Positions 1 to 10,509 of a stretch of DNA of 64,000 nt are shown here, piece by piece. Under the pieces are notes generated by a model, which had not been told where the DNA came from, made no database searches, and saw only the letters and a program-made list of their open reading frames with translations. A program made the translations under genes and the position numbers. The stretch comes from an uncultured Thiotrichaceae bacterium (GTDB lineage: Bacteria; Pseudomonadota; Gammaproteobacteria; SZUA-229), in contig CAYXNL010000003.1 of the NCBI GenBank assembly GCA_964466455.1, forward strand, positions 7,268-71,267. The letters are read 5' to 3'. Every line of letters starts with the position of its first letter. Within the stretch, counting starts at the first letter, position 1.

Positions 1-358
1 CCGATAACCAGACTTTTGATTAAATCGAATCCCCACAATCTTGCTACTGCCGTACACACAAGCAGAAAAACAATGCTGGTAATCAGGGTAATTACCGCCG
101 TTTTACTGAACAAATGCACCAGCCGTTCCGGCTGTAAATTCATTCCAAGTAAAAACAGCAGCAGAATTACGCCAATATGAGATAACTGTTCAATATGTTC
201 TGGCTGTTTGATAATAGCCAGCCCCCACGGACCGGCGATCATCCCTAGTACAATATAGGCAAGAATAATGGGCTGTTTCAGGTAGAGAAATAAGGTGGCG
301 AGAATAGCAGCGCCAGCAAAGATAAGAACAAATTCGAAGATGATATTTTCGAAACCCA
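1..358 (-). CDS. CPA2-family cation:proton antiporter (KefB/KefC-like), N-terminal portion; gene continues beyond window start
   Basis: Hand translation from reverse-strand ATG at 356-358: MGFENIIFEFVLIFAGAAILATLFLYLKQPIILAYIVLGMIAGPWGLAIIKQPEHIEQLSHIGVILLLFLLGMNLQPERL... Hydrophobic helices and the G(M/L)xLxPERL motif are typical of Kef-type antiporters. Absent from the supplied ORF track, probably because it is truncated by the window edge. Confidence 0.5.
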
Positions 359-418
359 TTTGATTAACCTTGCCCGATATTAAGGGGTGCTGATTGTATT
401 TACTAAGGAGAACGGTAA

Positions 419-1243
419 TTAATCAAACGTACAATAAAAACGTCTATGCTGTAACACAGGGAACATCTCGCGAGTACGTTCAAGTCTGGCACTGTCTATC
501 TCAGCGACAACGACACCGGTACCGTTGGGCAGGCGATTTAATATTAGCCCCCAGGGGTCAATAATCATACTGTCACCATGTGTCTCTCTGCCACCAACAT
601 GATAACCGCCCTGATCCGCAGCAATAAAGTAGGAGAGATTCTCAATGGCACGCGCACGCAATAATGATTCCCAGTGAGCCTTCCCGGTTATGCTGGTAAA
701 AGCCGATGGCATCGCACAAACTTCCATTCCCTGGTCTACCAGGGCGCGGAACATCTCCGGAAAACGCAAATCATAACAGACGGCTAGTCCCAGCTTACCA
801 AAAGGGGTATCGGCGACAACCGTTTTGCTTCCGGCTGAAATTGTTTCTGATTCAGTATAGCTCTCGTTTGATGCCTCAATGGTAACATCAAATAGATGTA
901 TCTTGTCGTAACGAGCAACACATTCCCCCTGATCATTATAAAGCATGCAGGCAGCTGATATTTTTGATGGATCTCGCGAATGAAGTGGAATCGTACCGCC
1001 AACCAGCCAAATACCAAGTTTTCTGGCCTGTTCACTTAAAAAGTCCTGCAGCAATCCCTCTCCATAAGTTTCAGCAATTTTCACCTTATCCGTTTCTGAC
1101 GTTCCCATAATGGCAAAATTTTCAGGCAGAACAACCATTTCAGCACGCTGTTGTACGGCAATTTTTATCAATTTCTCCGCTTCAGCAAGATTTGCTTTCA
1201 CATTAGGACCTGATGCCATCTGTACTGCTGCAACTTTACTCAC
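419..1243 (-). CDS. carbon-nitrogen hydrolase family protein (nitrilase superfamily amidohydrolase)
   Basis: 274 aa; N-terminus MSKVAAVQMASGPNVKANLAEAEKLIKIAVQQRAEMVVLPENFAIMG with the catalytic E..K..C pattern (VCYDLRFPE). Sits downstream of yhdP, as in many gammaproteobacteria. Confidence 0.8.
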   Translation of the reverse strand: MSKVAAVQMASGPNVKANLAEAEKLIKIAVQQRAEMVVLPENFAIMGTSETDKVKIAETYGEGLLQDFLSEQARKLGIWLVGGTIPLHSRDPSKISAACMLYNDQGECVARYDKIHLFDVTIEASNESYTESETISAGSKTVVADTPFGKLGLAVCYDLRFPEMFRALVDQGMEVCAMPSAFTSITGKAHWESLLRARAIENLSYFIAADQGGYHVGGRETHGDSMIIDPWGLILNRLPNGTGVVVAEIDSARLERTREMFPVLQHRRFYCTFD

Positions 1244-1324
1244 TTATTACTATCTCCGATAAGATGCTTCTGAATAATCTATCACACAAAATGGAACATC
1301 ACAGTAAAACATAAGCTATCTGTT

Positions 1325-1732
1325 TTATCGTCGTCCGAGTTCAATACCAATCATATCATCTGAATCACTACCTGGCACCATCATAATGCTTTTTGATGGA
1401 ACACCTAAAGCCACCAGCCAGTCAGTCAGTTCCTGTACCCACAGTTCACCTTCTTCACCACCGGGATAATGCAGCAAAATAACCGTATTCGGTTCAGTTT
1501 CATAACGGTTCATCCAGTTTCTGATGACTTTTTTTAAAACCGGTATTTTTACAATCTTGCTCCCACTTCGATTCATTTCCCATTGCTCAGATGTAAGTAC
1601 CCATGGTTTATTCTGCGTTGCATAAACACTGGAAAATGCTGTCAACAGGAAACAGAATATAACAAACGGTAGTGGGCTAATAACTTGTTTGAAAACCATC
1701 ATTTGTTTAAAAACCATCATCACTCTCATCAT
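1325..1732 (-). CDS. hypothetical exported protein; real start probably one of the ATGs at 1702/1699
   Basis: ORF with hydrophobic N-terminal segment (VISPLPFVIFCFLLTAFSSVYA) followed by a ~100 aa soluble region; no recognisable family. N-terminus carries a duplicated MMVFKQ created by an 18-bp tandem DNA duplication at 1685-1720. Confidence 0.4.
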   Translation of the reverse strand: MMRVMMVFKQMMVFKQVISPLPFVIFCFLLTAFSSVYATQNKPWVLTSEQWEMNRSGSKIVKIPVLKKVIRNWMNRYETEPNTVILLHYPGGEEGELWVQELTDWLVALGVPSKSIMMVPGSDSDDMIGIELGRR

Positions 1733-4700
1733 TCTGGCTGTTGTTTATTTTACTTACTATTTTCTTGATTACCGGTTTATCCCATGATCCAGTAATCGTA
1801 TAGATATCATCACTAATGAGACTGATATTGAACACTTTTTGCAATATAGCAAGGCCTGCACCAACGGCCACGCCACCCAGTAAAGCGCCTCCCGCAAAGG
1901 TAAGTCCACTCGCATGAGGCTTGACTCGCATAAGTAAATCATAGTCATGCCTGACCAGTCCAACATTACCAGTCATTTTAATATTTGCAGATGGAGCCTT
2001 AACATCAAAGTTTTCTAATTTGCCCAACCCATTAGAAAAATCGAGCTCGCCATTAATGGTATCGAAAGAGAATCCTTTTCGATAAACATCACCAAAATCC
2101 AGTGACAGGCGGTTGGTAAGCTCAAATATATTCATCAACCCCAACAGGCGCCCCCCGGCTCCCGGATTCATTTCAAGAATCTGGCCATCTTTAAGCTTAA
2201 AATTAATTTTACCACTTACATTTTTCCATGTAACGGCATAGGGCTCATCTTGCCAGTTGGTATTAAAACTTGCCTCCAGATTACCTCTGTCAATACTTTT
2301 TTCAAATCCCAGTCCGGTCAATGTTGAGCCCATATTATTACTACGGATACTACCGCTCAGTTCTGTTTTATTTTTATACCGCCAATTTGATAACCACGTA
2401 CCTTTTGCCCGGAGAGTCATCGACGGCCCATCAAAGTTAAGTGCATTAATCAGCATTCCGTGTCGATTCCAGTCCGTATCAAGTACCAGATTATGGAAAG
2501 TCAAGCCATTCCATAATAGCGTTTTTACCTTCCAGTTTAATGGTGGAAAGTTTACTGGTTTTATTTTTTTACTTCCCTGCTCATTTCCCTTAGAAGCAAG
2601 TAATGAATATAAATCCAGTTTATCCAGCCTGAGCTTTACTGGGGTATCTTTGTTCAGACCTTTCCCAAAAGACCCTTTGCCTGATATTAATCCTGATTTA
2701 ACCGTAAAACTGACCAGTCCAGTAGAATTTCTTTGTGCATAAAGTTGCAATAGATTCTTACTATCTATATCAACATGTAAACCATTGTTATCCAGTACAT
2801 CAATAGATAGTGATAACGGCAATGGTTTTGCCGAAGGTTTGCTAACTACTTTAGATGCCAATATTGACACCCCTTTCAGTTTAGAATCTGCATTAATATG
2901 CGCCAGATAAGTTTCAGGCTTATAGGGAACAGAAACCGATATATTCCAGAGTGAACGTCCCGATAACCAGTTATGCGGAATCCAGTCATAAATTGCTAAC
3001 AGTTTATCGATATTAAATTTTCCATTAATGCCAAAAATAACTTCAGGTGAGCCATTTTTTGTAATGGTACGCGCTGACAGTTTTATAATCTGGCCATTTG
3101 ATTTTGCGCGCACCGATTTTGCAGAAATGCTATCCCTGGTAAAATGAAATACACCATTTATATCATCCAGAGAATACAATAGCTCAGGATAATACCAGCT
3201 AGCATGAATCAGGCGTAAATCCCCCGTGTAATCAGGCACTACCAAATCAGCATATAAAGGTATATTTAATGATAGATTAAGGTTTGTATCACCATCCATC
3301 TGAAATAATTTTAAGGTATTACCAATAGTATCATTCAGCGGGCTATTCCTGATATAGGCATCCATATTTTTCATTGAGGAAGCAATATTTGCATGAAGAT
3401 GTAGAGATGGATGTTGCATATTCTTTATTTGTGCACTTGCCCCTGTTATATTTCCATTCAGCGTTTTACCTGTCCCATCAGTAATAAACATACTCCGGTT
3501 ATAGAATCTTATCTTTGCTGACATATCTGTAATGGCCGGCCATTTATCAAGAAACTTCAACGTCAGGTTAGCGGGCTGGAACACCACTTCCATTACCCCA
3601 CTATTATTTTTATAAGGAAAATCGCTGAGACTTCCATGTAATATAAACTGCCCCTGTTTAACATAGCCATCTGTAACAGCACCATCAAGCCACCTGACCA
3701 GGGCAGGGTCCATAATACCTACTGGCATGTAATAGGCAGCATATTTTCCATAGGCATCATAGAAATTAGCCTGCATATCTATAAATAAATCCTGTTTTTT
3801 TAGTCCCTGTACAGGCTGTTTCTGTGCAACCTTTATAACCGGTGTTACGGTTTGCTTTTGCTGTGCTCTGATAAACAAACGTGAATAAATATCGATATGG
3901 GCATTTTTTATATGCAGCGCGGGCGCCTGTAGCGACCAGCCATGATCCTGATTGAAATTTTTGGATAAGGTAATAACCGCTTTGCCTTCAAGTAAATCAA
4001 AGTGCATTGATTTACGAAACAGGTTGGCAAACCTGATATGTGCATTTTCTGTAAGCAGATTAAGTGACAGGCGATTTTTTCTATAGTGGATATCAGCATC
4101 AATACCACTAATCTTTGCGGGCACATCAGGAAGTGTTACGCCAGCATTAACAAATTCCCCCTGTAACTGCATTGCATCCGGATGATCGTAAGAATAAAGA
4201 AAACGAAGATTATAAATATCCCCAACCGGTTTAATTCTCGTCAACAGGTCAAGTTGTTTATTATTAACACCAAGTCTGGCCAGCTTCAGCATATCCTGAA
4301 TGCGCAGAAAATCAGCATTAATAAAGATATTTTTATTATCAAATCCGGCTGAAATACTGGCCACATGGGGCCAGTATGCTTTACCTGACTGTTGCATTGC
4401 AAGATTGGCAATACGTAATCTCCAGGCCTGATGAAACCGGCTCAGGCGCAGCCTGGCTGATAGTTTGTCAACATGCCATGGTTTAATCTTTTTTTCGATG
4501 CTTGAAAATGAAAACTTACTGGCAGCAATAGTAGCCACTAACTCAGTCGGTTTATTTTTTACCAGATTCCCCCAGATAGAGGTATTTAATATACCGTTAA
4601 ATGTATATTTTGGTAACCATTTGAATTTTTTCTGCCATTGACTCAGTATGATACCCTTACCTTCAACATAAAATTTTCCAGTGGCAGTACTACCCAGATC

Positions 4701-5351
4701 ACCATCAAACCGGGTACTAATTCGAAGTGAACGTCCATAATCCTTCGGCAATTGCATACTTAACTGTAATGCATGATGATCTCCATAATTTTCAGCATCA
4801 ATATTAACGTTATGCAGATCCAGTGATAATTTATTTTCCGTAAAATCCCGATAGTAGATATTACTTTTAAGCAGAGAATAATTGGCATGTTGCAGGGTAT
4901 AAAGTAATTTTTTTGACACCCCGCCAGAGGTGTCATTTTTAAATTCCATCCCCTGTATTACCCATCTGTTGTCAGCATGTCTTTCTATTGAAACATCAAC
5001 ACCAACCAGGCTGATTTCACTTACCGTTAACGACCATCTAAGTAAACTTCTAATGGGATCAAGTGCAAACACAAACTTGTCAAAATGAAAAACCGGTACA
5101 TTATTTTTTGCATTATAGATGGTCACATTGAGCAGCTTCAGCCGTGGTGAAAACCAGTGTATATCAGCACCAATTTTCTCAATATGTACGGGCAAACCAA
5201 TCTGCTGGCTTAACTGTGTCTCAATTTCTGTTTTATACCCGGTAGCATAAGGCAAAATTGCCCGGACAATACTAAATGAAATAGCAGCAAGAATTAATAT
5301 CACTGCCAGCATGACAATAATACAAACACGAAACTGCAGTAACCAGCGCAT
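1707..5351 (-). CDS. yhdP: AsmA-family intermembrane phospholipid transport protein YhdP
   Basis: 1214 aa; N-terminal membrane anchor MRWLLQFRVCIIVMLAVILILAAISFSIVRAILPY aligns with E. coli YhdP N-terminus. Giant beta-rich protein; conserved position downstream of maf-rng. Confidence 0.85.
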   Translation of the reverse strand: MRWLLQFRVCIIVMLAVILILAAISFSIVRAILPYATGYKTEIETQLSQQIGLPVHIEKIGADIHWFSPRLKLLNVTIYNAKNNVPVFHFDKFVFALDPIRSLLRWSLTVSEISLVGVDVSIERHADNRWVIQGMEFKNDTSGGVSKKLLYTLQHANYSLLKSNIYYRDFTENKLSLDLHNVNIDAENYGDHHALQLSMQLPKDYGRSLRISTRFDGDLGSTATGKFYVEGKGIILSQWQKKFKWLPKYTFNGILNTSIWGNLVKNKPTELVATIAASKFSFSSIEKKIKPWHVDKLSARLRLSRFHQAWRLRIANLAMQQSGKAYWPHVASISAGFDNKNIFINADFLRIQDMLKLARLGVNNKQLDLLTRIKPVGDIYNLRFLYSYDHPDAMQLQGEFVNAGVTLPDVPAKISGIDADIHYRKNRLSLNLLTENAHIRFANLFRKSMHFDLLEGKAVITLSKNFNQDHGWSLQAPALHIKNAHIDIYSRLFIRAQQKQTVTPVIKVAQKQPVQGLKKQDLFIDMQANFYDAYGKYAAYYMPVGIMDPALVRWLDGAVTDGYVKQGQFILHGSLSDFPYKNNSGVMEVVFQPANLTLKFLDKWPAITDMSAKIRFYNRSMFITDGTGKTLNGNITGASAQIKNMQHPSLHLHANIASSMKNMDAYIRNSPLNDTIGNTLKLFQMDGDTNLNLSLNIPLYADLVVPDYTGDLRLIHASWYYPELLYSLDDINGVFHFTRDSISAKSVRAKSNGQIIKLSARTITKNGSPEVIFGINGKFNIDKLLAIYDWIPHNWLSGRSLWNISVSVPYKPETYLAHINADSKLKGVSILASKVVSKPSAKPLPLSLSIDVLDNNGLHVDIDSKNLLQLYAQRNSTGLVSFTVKSGLISGKGSFGKGLNKDTPVKLRLDKLDLYSLLASKGNEQGSKKIKPVNFPPLNWKVKTLLWNGLTFHNLVLDTDWNRHGMLINALNFDGPSMTLRAKGTWLSNWRYKNKTELSGSIRSNNMGSTLTGLGFEKSIDRGNLEASFNTNWQDEPYAVTWKNVSGKINFKLKDGQILEMNPGAGGRLLGLMNIFELTNRLSLDFGDVYRKGFSFDTINGELDFSNGLGKLENFDVKAPSANIKMTGNVGLVRHDYDLLMRVKPHASGLTFAGGALLGGVAVGAGLAILQKVFNISLISDDIYTITGSWDKPVIKKIVSKINNSQNDESDDGF

Positions 5352-5397
5352 AATTTATTTAACCGATTCTTCTATTGTTATAGATGGTACAGATCCT

Positions 5398-6861
5398 TTA
5401 GAGGATCACAACATCATACTGTTCCTGCATAAACAGTGCTTCAACCTGAAACTTAATAGGAATACCAATAAAATCCTCCAGCTCGGCAAGACTGTTCGAC
5501 TCCTCATCAACCAGCATATCTACCACGTCCTGTGCTGCAAGTACCAATAGTTCTCTGGCATCAAACTGCCTGGCTTCACGCAGAATCTCACGGAATATTT
5601 CATAACAGATTGTCTCAGCAGTTTTAATCGTTCCTCTGCCTTCACAGGTTGGACAGGTTCCGCACAGCACATGTTCCAGGCTTTCACGTGTTCGTTTGCG
5701 TGTCATCTCAACCAGACCCAATGACGATACTTCACAGATACAGGTTCGAGCATGATCTTTTTCCAGAGCTTTTTCCAGTGCACGAAGCACCTGACGCTTA
5801 TGCTCCTCTTCAAGCATGTCAATAAAGTCCAGTATCACGATCCCGCCCAGATTCCGCAGGCGTAACTGCCTGGCAATACCCTGTGCTGCCTCAAGATTGG
5901 TTTTAAAAATAGTTTCTTCCAGATTACGACTACCCACATAGGCACCGGTATTTACATCAATAGTTGTCATGGCTTCAGTCTGATCAATAATCAGATAACC
6001 ACCGGATTTAAGTTGCACTTTGCGTTCCAGCCCCTTCTGAATTTCATCTTCCACACCGTGTAAATCAAAAATCGGGCGTTCTCCTGGATAGTGCTCAATA
6101 AAATTGACAACTTCAGGCACATATTTTTCGGCAAACTCACGCATCACCTTATAAGTACCACGCGAGTCCACACGTATTACTTCCAGTTCCTCGTCAACCA
6201 TATCACGCAATACACGTAAATATAATGGCAAGTCTCTGTGCACAACATTACCCACATCAATATCATCAGAATGATTCAGGTTTTCCCATAAACGATTCAG
6301 ATATTTGATATCACTGGCGATGGCATTTTCATCCGCTACTTCGGCGGCCGTTCGTAAAATATAGCCGGCATCTTTTATACGATGTTCCTGCTGCAGTATC
6401 AGATTACGCAGACGCTCACGTTCTGTTTCACTTTCAATCCGGGTGGACACGCCGATATTATTTGCATTGGGCATAAACACCAGATAACGTGATGGAATAG
6501 TAATATTTGTCGTTAACCTTGCCCCTTTGGTGCCTAACTGATCCTTAATGACCTGAACCAGAAGGCCCTGTCCTTCGTGCAAGACCTGACCTATATGCGG
6601 TATAGTATTATTTTCGTTGTTAAACGCAACGTCAGAAACATGAAGAAAAGCGGCTTTTTCCAGACCAATTTCTACAAAAGCGGCCTCCATGCCGGGTAGA
6701 ACCCGTACCACCTTGCCTTTATACACATTACCGACCAAACCACGACTGCGATCACGTTCGATATAAAGCTCATGCAACATCCCGTTTTCAAGGAATGCAA
6801 CACGTGTTTCCTGTGGCGTGATATTAATTAATATTTCCTTACTCAATGCTCGACTTACCAT
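5398..6861 (-). CDS. rng: ribonuclease G
   Basis: 487 aa; about 65% identical over the N-terminus to E. coli Rng (MVSRALSKEILINITPQETRVAFLENGMLHELYIER... vs MTAELLVNVTPSETRVAYIDGGILQEIHIER). Contains the S1 domain and RNase E/G catalytic core. Confidence 0.9.
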   Translation of the reverse strand: MVSRALSKEILINITPQETRVAFLENGMLHELYIERDRSRGLVGNVYKGKVVRVLPGMEAAFVEIGLEKAAFLHVSDVAFNNENNTIPHIGQVLHEGQGLLVQVIKDQLGTKGARLTTNITIPSRYLVFMPNANNIGVSTRIESETERERLRNLILQQEHRIKDAGYILRTAAEVADENAIASDIKYLNRLWENLNHSDDIDVGNVVHRDLPLYLRVLRDMVDEELEVIRVDSRGTYKVMREFAEKYVPEVVNFIEHYPGERPIFDLHGVEDEIQKGLERKVQLKSGGYLIIDQTEAMTTIDVNTGAYVGSRNLEETIFKTNLEAAQGIARQLRLRNLGGIVILDFIDMLEEEHKRQVLRALEKALEKDHARTCICEVSSLGLVEMTRKRTRESLEHVLCGTCPTCEGRGTIKTAETICYEIFREILREARQFDARELLVLAAQDVVDMLVDEESNSLAELEDFIGIPIKFQVEALFMQEQYDVVIL

Positions 6862-6892
6862 ATTAAAACCTGCTTCTATTCTTTTATGTTCT

Positions 6893-7555
6893 TCAGTATT
6901 GGGAGGAGGATGGTACTAACGGGTTAATATTTGCCTGCATGAGTAATTCTGCAGTTTCATACAACGGTAAACCCATCACTCCGGAGTAACTTCCCCGTAT
7001 TGCCCGGATAAATTGTGCGCCCTGCCCCTGTATTGCATAGGCTCCGGCCTTCCCCATGGGTTCACCGGTTGCAATATACTGCTGAATACGTTGGACTGAC
7101 AGGCTCGTAAAACAAACTTCAGTACAACTGGTAGCAGTCAGAATTTGCCCGGTGCAGACCAGCGCGACAGCGGTATGCACAGAATGTAACCTGCCTGAAA
7201 GTTTAGCTAATATTTCAGCTGCATGGGCGCAATCATCCGGTTTTCCAAGTATTTCCCCTGCCACTTCGACAGTGGTGTCACAGCCTAATACCGGTATAAT
7301 AGTTTTTGCTGTAATAACATGACTTAAACTACCTGACTGACTGCCTGTTATTTTATGAAATACCTGTGTTGCTTTTGCCAGCGCCAGACGTTGTACATAC
7401 TCCCCTGCGACTTCATCAGGCAATGGTGTTTCATCCAGATCAATCGGATGAACATCACAGCTAACAGCAATTTGCTGGAGTAATTCAAGTCGTCTGGGTG
7501 AGGCAGAAGCCAGTATAATATCAGCTCGAATAGTTGCCAGGCCTGCTTTATTCAC
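6893..7555 (-). CDS. maf: Maf-like nucleoside triphosphate pyrophosphatase (YhdE type)
   Basis: 220 aa; Maf signature ILASASPRRLELLQQI near the N-terminus; located immediately upstream of rng as in E. coli (yhdE-rng-yhdP). Confidence 0.85.
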   Translation of the reverse strand: MNKAGLATIRADIILASASPRRLELLQQIAVSCDVHPIDLDETPLPDEVAGEYVQRLALAKATQVFHKITGSQSGSLSHVITAKTIIPVLGCDTTVEVAGEILGKPDDCAHAAEILAKLSGRLHSVHTAVALVCTGQILTATSCTEVCFTSLSVQRIQQYIATGEPMGKAGAYAIQGQGAQFIRAIRGSYSGVMGLPLYETAELLMQANINPLVPSSSQY

Positions 7556-7574
7556 TGCGACTGATACCTGCTCA

Positions 7575-8046
7575 TTACGCCCGATGATACGGATGATTGT
7601 TTAATATTGACCATGCACGATATAATTGTTCGACTAACATGACACGGATTAAAGTATGTGGAAAGGTCAGTGCCGACAATGATATTTTCAGTTGCACCTT
7701 TGCCAGTAGTTCATCAGAAACACCATCCGGCCCACCAATAATCAGCGCAATATTCTGCCCCTGCAGTAGCCAGTTATCCAGTAATGTGGCCAATTTTGCT
7801 GTACTCAGGGGCTGTCCTGCTACATCGAGCACAACGGGAAGGCTATTGTCGGGAACCGCAGCGAGCAACTTGCGACTTTCATCACGTACAATTCGCCTGA
7901 TATCCGCATTTTTACCGCGTTTAATCAGTGGCAGGGAAACCGTATTGATACGAATTTCCGCCGGCAGGCGTCGTATATAATCGTCACAAGCCTGATCTAC
8001 CCAGACCGGCATTTTATGTCCGATTGCAATTAAATGTATCTGCAAA
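7575..8046 (-). CDS. rlmH: 23S rRNA (pseudouridine1915-N3)-methyltransferase RlmH
   Basis: Aligns with E. coli RlmH (LQIHLIAIGHKMPVWV vs MKLQLVAVGTKMPDWV; C-terminal SLSALTFPHTLIRVMLVEQLYRAWSILNNHPYHRA vs [35 protein letters not shown]). The ORF-track extension to 8117 overlaps rsfS. A TTG at 8046-8044 preceded by AGAGG (rc of 8052-8056) gives a 157-aa protein matching the E. coli length. Confidence 0.85.
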
Positions 8047-8056
8047 CGAACCTCTA

Positions 8057-8425
8057 CTAGTTTATTCCGGGAGTTTGCTGTATTTTTTCCTCTCGGTGGT
8101 GCGCATCCACTCGCCACAGACTTTCGAGGTCGTAAAAACTGCGTACTTCTTTCTGCATGACATGAACAACCACATCGCCCAGATCAACCAGTACCCACTC
8201 TCCGGTATCTTCACCTTCGACACCCAGTGGTTGTGTGCCATTCTTCTTCGCCTGTTCTACAACATTGCCGGCAGCCGATTTCACATGACGGCTGGAGGTA
8301 CCACTGGCAACAATAATCCAGTCGGTAACCGATGTTTTGTTGCCTACATCCATAACACTAATATCTTCCGCCTTCATCTCTTCCAGCGCTGAAATTGCCA
8401 TGGCTTTCAAGCCTGTTTCAGTCAT
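8057..8425 (-). CDS. rsfS: ribosomal silencing factor RsfS (iojap-like)
   Basis: 122 aa; conserved [16 protein letters not shown] and [30 protein letters not shown] motifs of YbeB/RsfS; position between nadD and rlmH as in E. coli. Confidence 0.85.
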   Translation of the reverse strand: MTETGLKAMAISALEEMKAEDISVMDVGNKTSVTDWIIVASGTSSRHVKSAAGNVVEQAKKNGTQPLGVEGEDTGEWVLVDLGDVVVHVMQKEVRSFYDLESLWRVDAHHREEKIQQTPGIN

Positions 8426-9041
8426 CTAAAGTAAACCTCTTTAATTGTTCATAAACACCAGCCGGTAGCCAGTGATCCACGGCCTGTCCGTGTTGCAAAC
8501 GCAGCCTGATTTCAGTTGACGAGATCGCAAGCTGTGGTACCGATTGTAACAGGATTTTACCGGTCTGCTGCACCGCTAGCTGTGTTTTATCGTTGATAAT
8601 ACGTGCACGAAGGAAATCACTCATTGCTGATTCTACCAGCTCAAACCCAGGACGCTGGGTAATCACCAGATGACACAGGGTTAATATCGTCTGCCACTGG
8701 TGCCACTGCTCAAAACTGGAAAAAGCATCTACTCCCAGTATCAGGCAAAGACTCTTATCCGGGAAATCTTGCTTTAACGATTGCAGTGTATCCACCATAT
8801 AGGATGGCTCCTCACGCTGCAGTTCACGCCTGTCCAGTACAAACCCCGGGTAAGGCCGTAATGCAATCTCCAGTAATGCCTGTCGTTTCTCCGAACTCAG
8901 CCAGGGTACGGCACGGTGTGGCGGTAGCCGATTTGGAATAAACCGAATCTGACTGAGCGCCAGCGACTGCATGACGGCTTGCGCCGGTTTTAGATGACCA
9001 TAATGCACCGGATCAAAAGTGCCACCAAAAATACCAATCAT
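8418..9041 (-). CDS. nadD: nicotinate-nucleotide adenylyltransferase
   Basis: [17 protein letters not shown] (nucleotidyltransferase HxGH motif) begins at the internal Met. The upstream 27 codons of the ORF-track frame (to 9122) would overlap proA, so the start is taken as 9041. Confidence 0.85.
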   Translation of the reverse strand: MIGIFGGTFDPVHYGHLKPAQAVMQSLALSQIRFIPNRLPPHRAVPWLSSEKRQALLEIALRPYPGFVLDRRELQREEPSYMVDTLQSLKQDFPDKSLCLILGVDAFSSFEQWHQWQTILTLCHLVITQRPGFELVESAMSDFLRARIINDKTQLAVQQTGKILLQSVPQLAISSTEIRLRLQHGQAVDHWLPAGVYEQLKRFTLDD

Positions 9042-9096
9042 GACGTAACCGACGACCGGAACCGGACTCCAGTCGCCTGCCTGCTCAGCGCTAGAT

Positions 9097-10380
9097 TCAC
9101 TGGCGGATATGCCCGTCCCCAAGCACTACATATTTCACACTGGTCAGCCCTTCCAGACCAACCGGTCCACGCGCATGCAGTTTGTCGGTACTAATACCTA
9201 TTTCCGCACCCAGACCATATTCAAAACCATCGGCAAAGCGGGTCGAGGCATTCACCATTACCGAGCTGGAATCAACTTCGCGTAGAAAGCGGCGGGCCGT
9301 GGTGTAATTTTCGGTAATAATGGATTCAGTATGCGCCGAGCTATGGCGATTAATAAAATCAATCGCATCATCCACATTATCAACGACTTTTACCGATAGA
9401 ATCGGTGCCAGATATTCCGTATCCCAGTCTGTTTCATCGGCGACAAGCATATCTTCAACAATTTTTATGCAGCGTTCACAACCACGTAACTCTACCTCTT
9501 TCTGCCGGAAATGTTCACACAGAACGGGCAGAATATCTGCGGCAATGGCATTATCCACCAGCAGCGTTTCCATGGTATTACAGGTACCATAGCGCTGGGT
9601 TTTTGCGTTAATGGCCACCTTCAGCGCCTTCTCGGCATCAGCATCTTTGTCAATATAAACATGGCAAATACCATCAAGGTGTTTAATTACCGGCACGGTT
9701 GACTCGCGACTAATACGCTCAATCAGATTTTTGCCACCACGGGGAATAATCACATCGACAAATGCCTGCATCCGCAGCAGTTCTCCCACTGCATCGCGGT
9801 CGGTGGTTGCTACCACCTGTACCACGTTGGCAGATAGTCCTGCTGTTTTCAGCCCGGCTGTAATACATGCCGCCACGGCCTGATTTGAGTGGAATGCTTC
9901 CGAACCACCGCGCAGAATAACGGCATTACCCGATTTAAGACATAATGCGGCGGCATCAGCGGTTACATTCGGCCGTGATTCATAAATAATACCAATCACA
10001 CCCAGCGGCACCCGCATGTGCCCGACCTGAATACCTGATGGCTGACAGGCCAGGCCGGTAATTTCACCGATCGGATCAGGCAACGTTGCTATCTGACGCA
10101 AACCTTCTGCCATTGTACTGATACGCGCAGGGGTAATTTCCAGCCGATCCAGCAGGGCGACTTCCAGACCTTTTTCCCTGCCTGCCTGTAGATCCAGCTG
10201 GTTTGCCTGTAACAGTGTATCGGCCTGTCTTTCTATCTGTGCAGCAATCGCCATCAACGCCCGATTCTTGACCCCAGTTTCTGCCCGACCAATTTCACGT
10301 GATGCAAGACGAGCAAGCCGCCCCACCTCATTCATGTAGTCTTCGATATTCAGTTTTACAGATTTTATATTGGTATTCAT
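9097..10380 (-). CDS. proA: gamma-glutamyl phosphate reductase
   Basis: 427 aa; aldehyde-dehydrogenase-like ProA with conserved [30 protein letters not shown] and catalytic Cys region. No proB is adjacent (Pseudomonas-like proA-nadD arrangement). Confidence 0.9.
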   Translation of the reverse strand: MNTNIKSVKLNIEDYMNEVGRLARLASREIGRAETGVKNRALMAIAAQIERQADTLLQANQLDLQAGREKGLEVALLDRLEITPARISTMAEGLRQIATLPDPIGEITGLACQPSGIQVGHMRVPLGVIGIIYESRPNVTADAAALCLKSGNAVILRGGSEAFHSNQAVAACITAGLKTAGLSANVVQVVATTDRDAVGELLRMQAFVDVIIPRGGKNLIERISRESTVPVIKHLDGICHVYIDKDADAEKALKVAINAKTQRYGTCNTMETLLVDNAIAADILPVLCEHFRQKEVELRGCERCIKIVEDMLVADETDWDTEYLAPILSVKVVDNVDDAIDFINRHSSAHTESIITENYTTARRFLREVDSSSVMVNASTRFADGFEYGLGAEIGISTDKLHARGPVGLEGLTSVKYVVLGDGHIRQ

Positions 10381-10509
10381 AAATCAGGTCGTCATCCTAA
10401 ATATTGAGAAATCAGCCATTATAGCCAATGCAATAGCCAGTTGAAATGGATAAGCATTAGCTGTAGTGAAAAAACAGTCGGTGACAAATAACAGAAACGT
10501 TATAAAAAA

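Noticed and set aside
2257-2742. 161-aa plus-strand ORF inside yhdP, and similar internal/antisense ORFs (784-1035, 3908-4126, 33842-34540, 37111-37542, 40563-40940, 44320-44799, 45752-46066, 51105-52680 set, 55213-55413)
   Set aside because: All lie wholly within strongly supported genes on the opposite strand or in another frame, have no RBS/start context and show low-complexity or no homology; they are taken as frame shadows.
7575-8117. ORF-track extension of rlmH to 8117 ([13 protein letters not shown]...)
   Set aside because: The extension overlaps the 3' end of rsfS and has no counterpart in RlmH proteins. A TTG at 8046 with an AGAGG RBS reproduces the E. coli N-terminus (MQIHLIAIGHKMP vs MKLQLVAVGTKMP).
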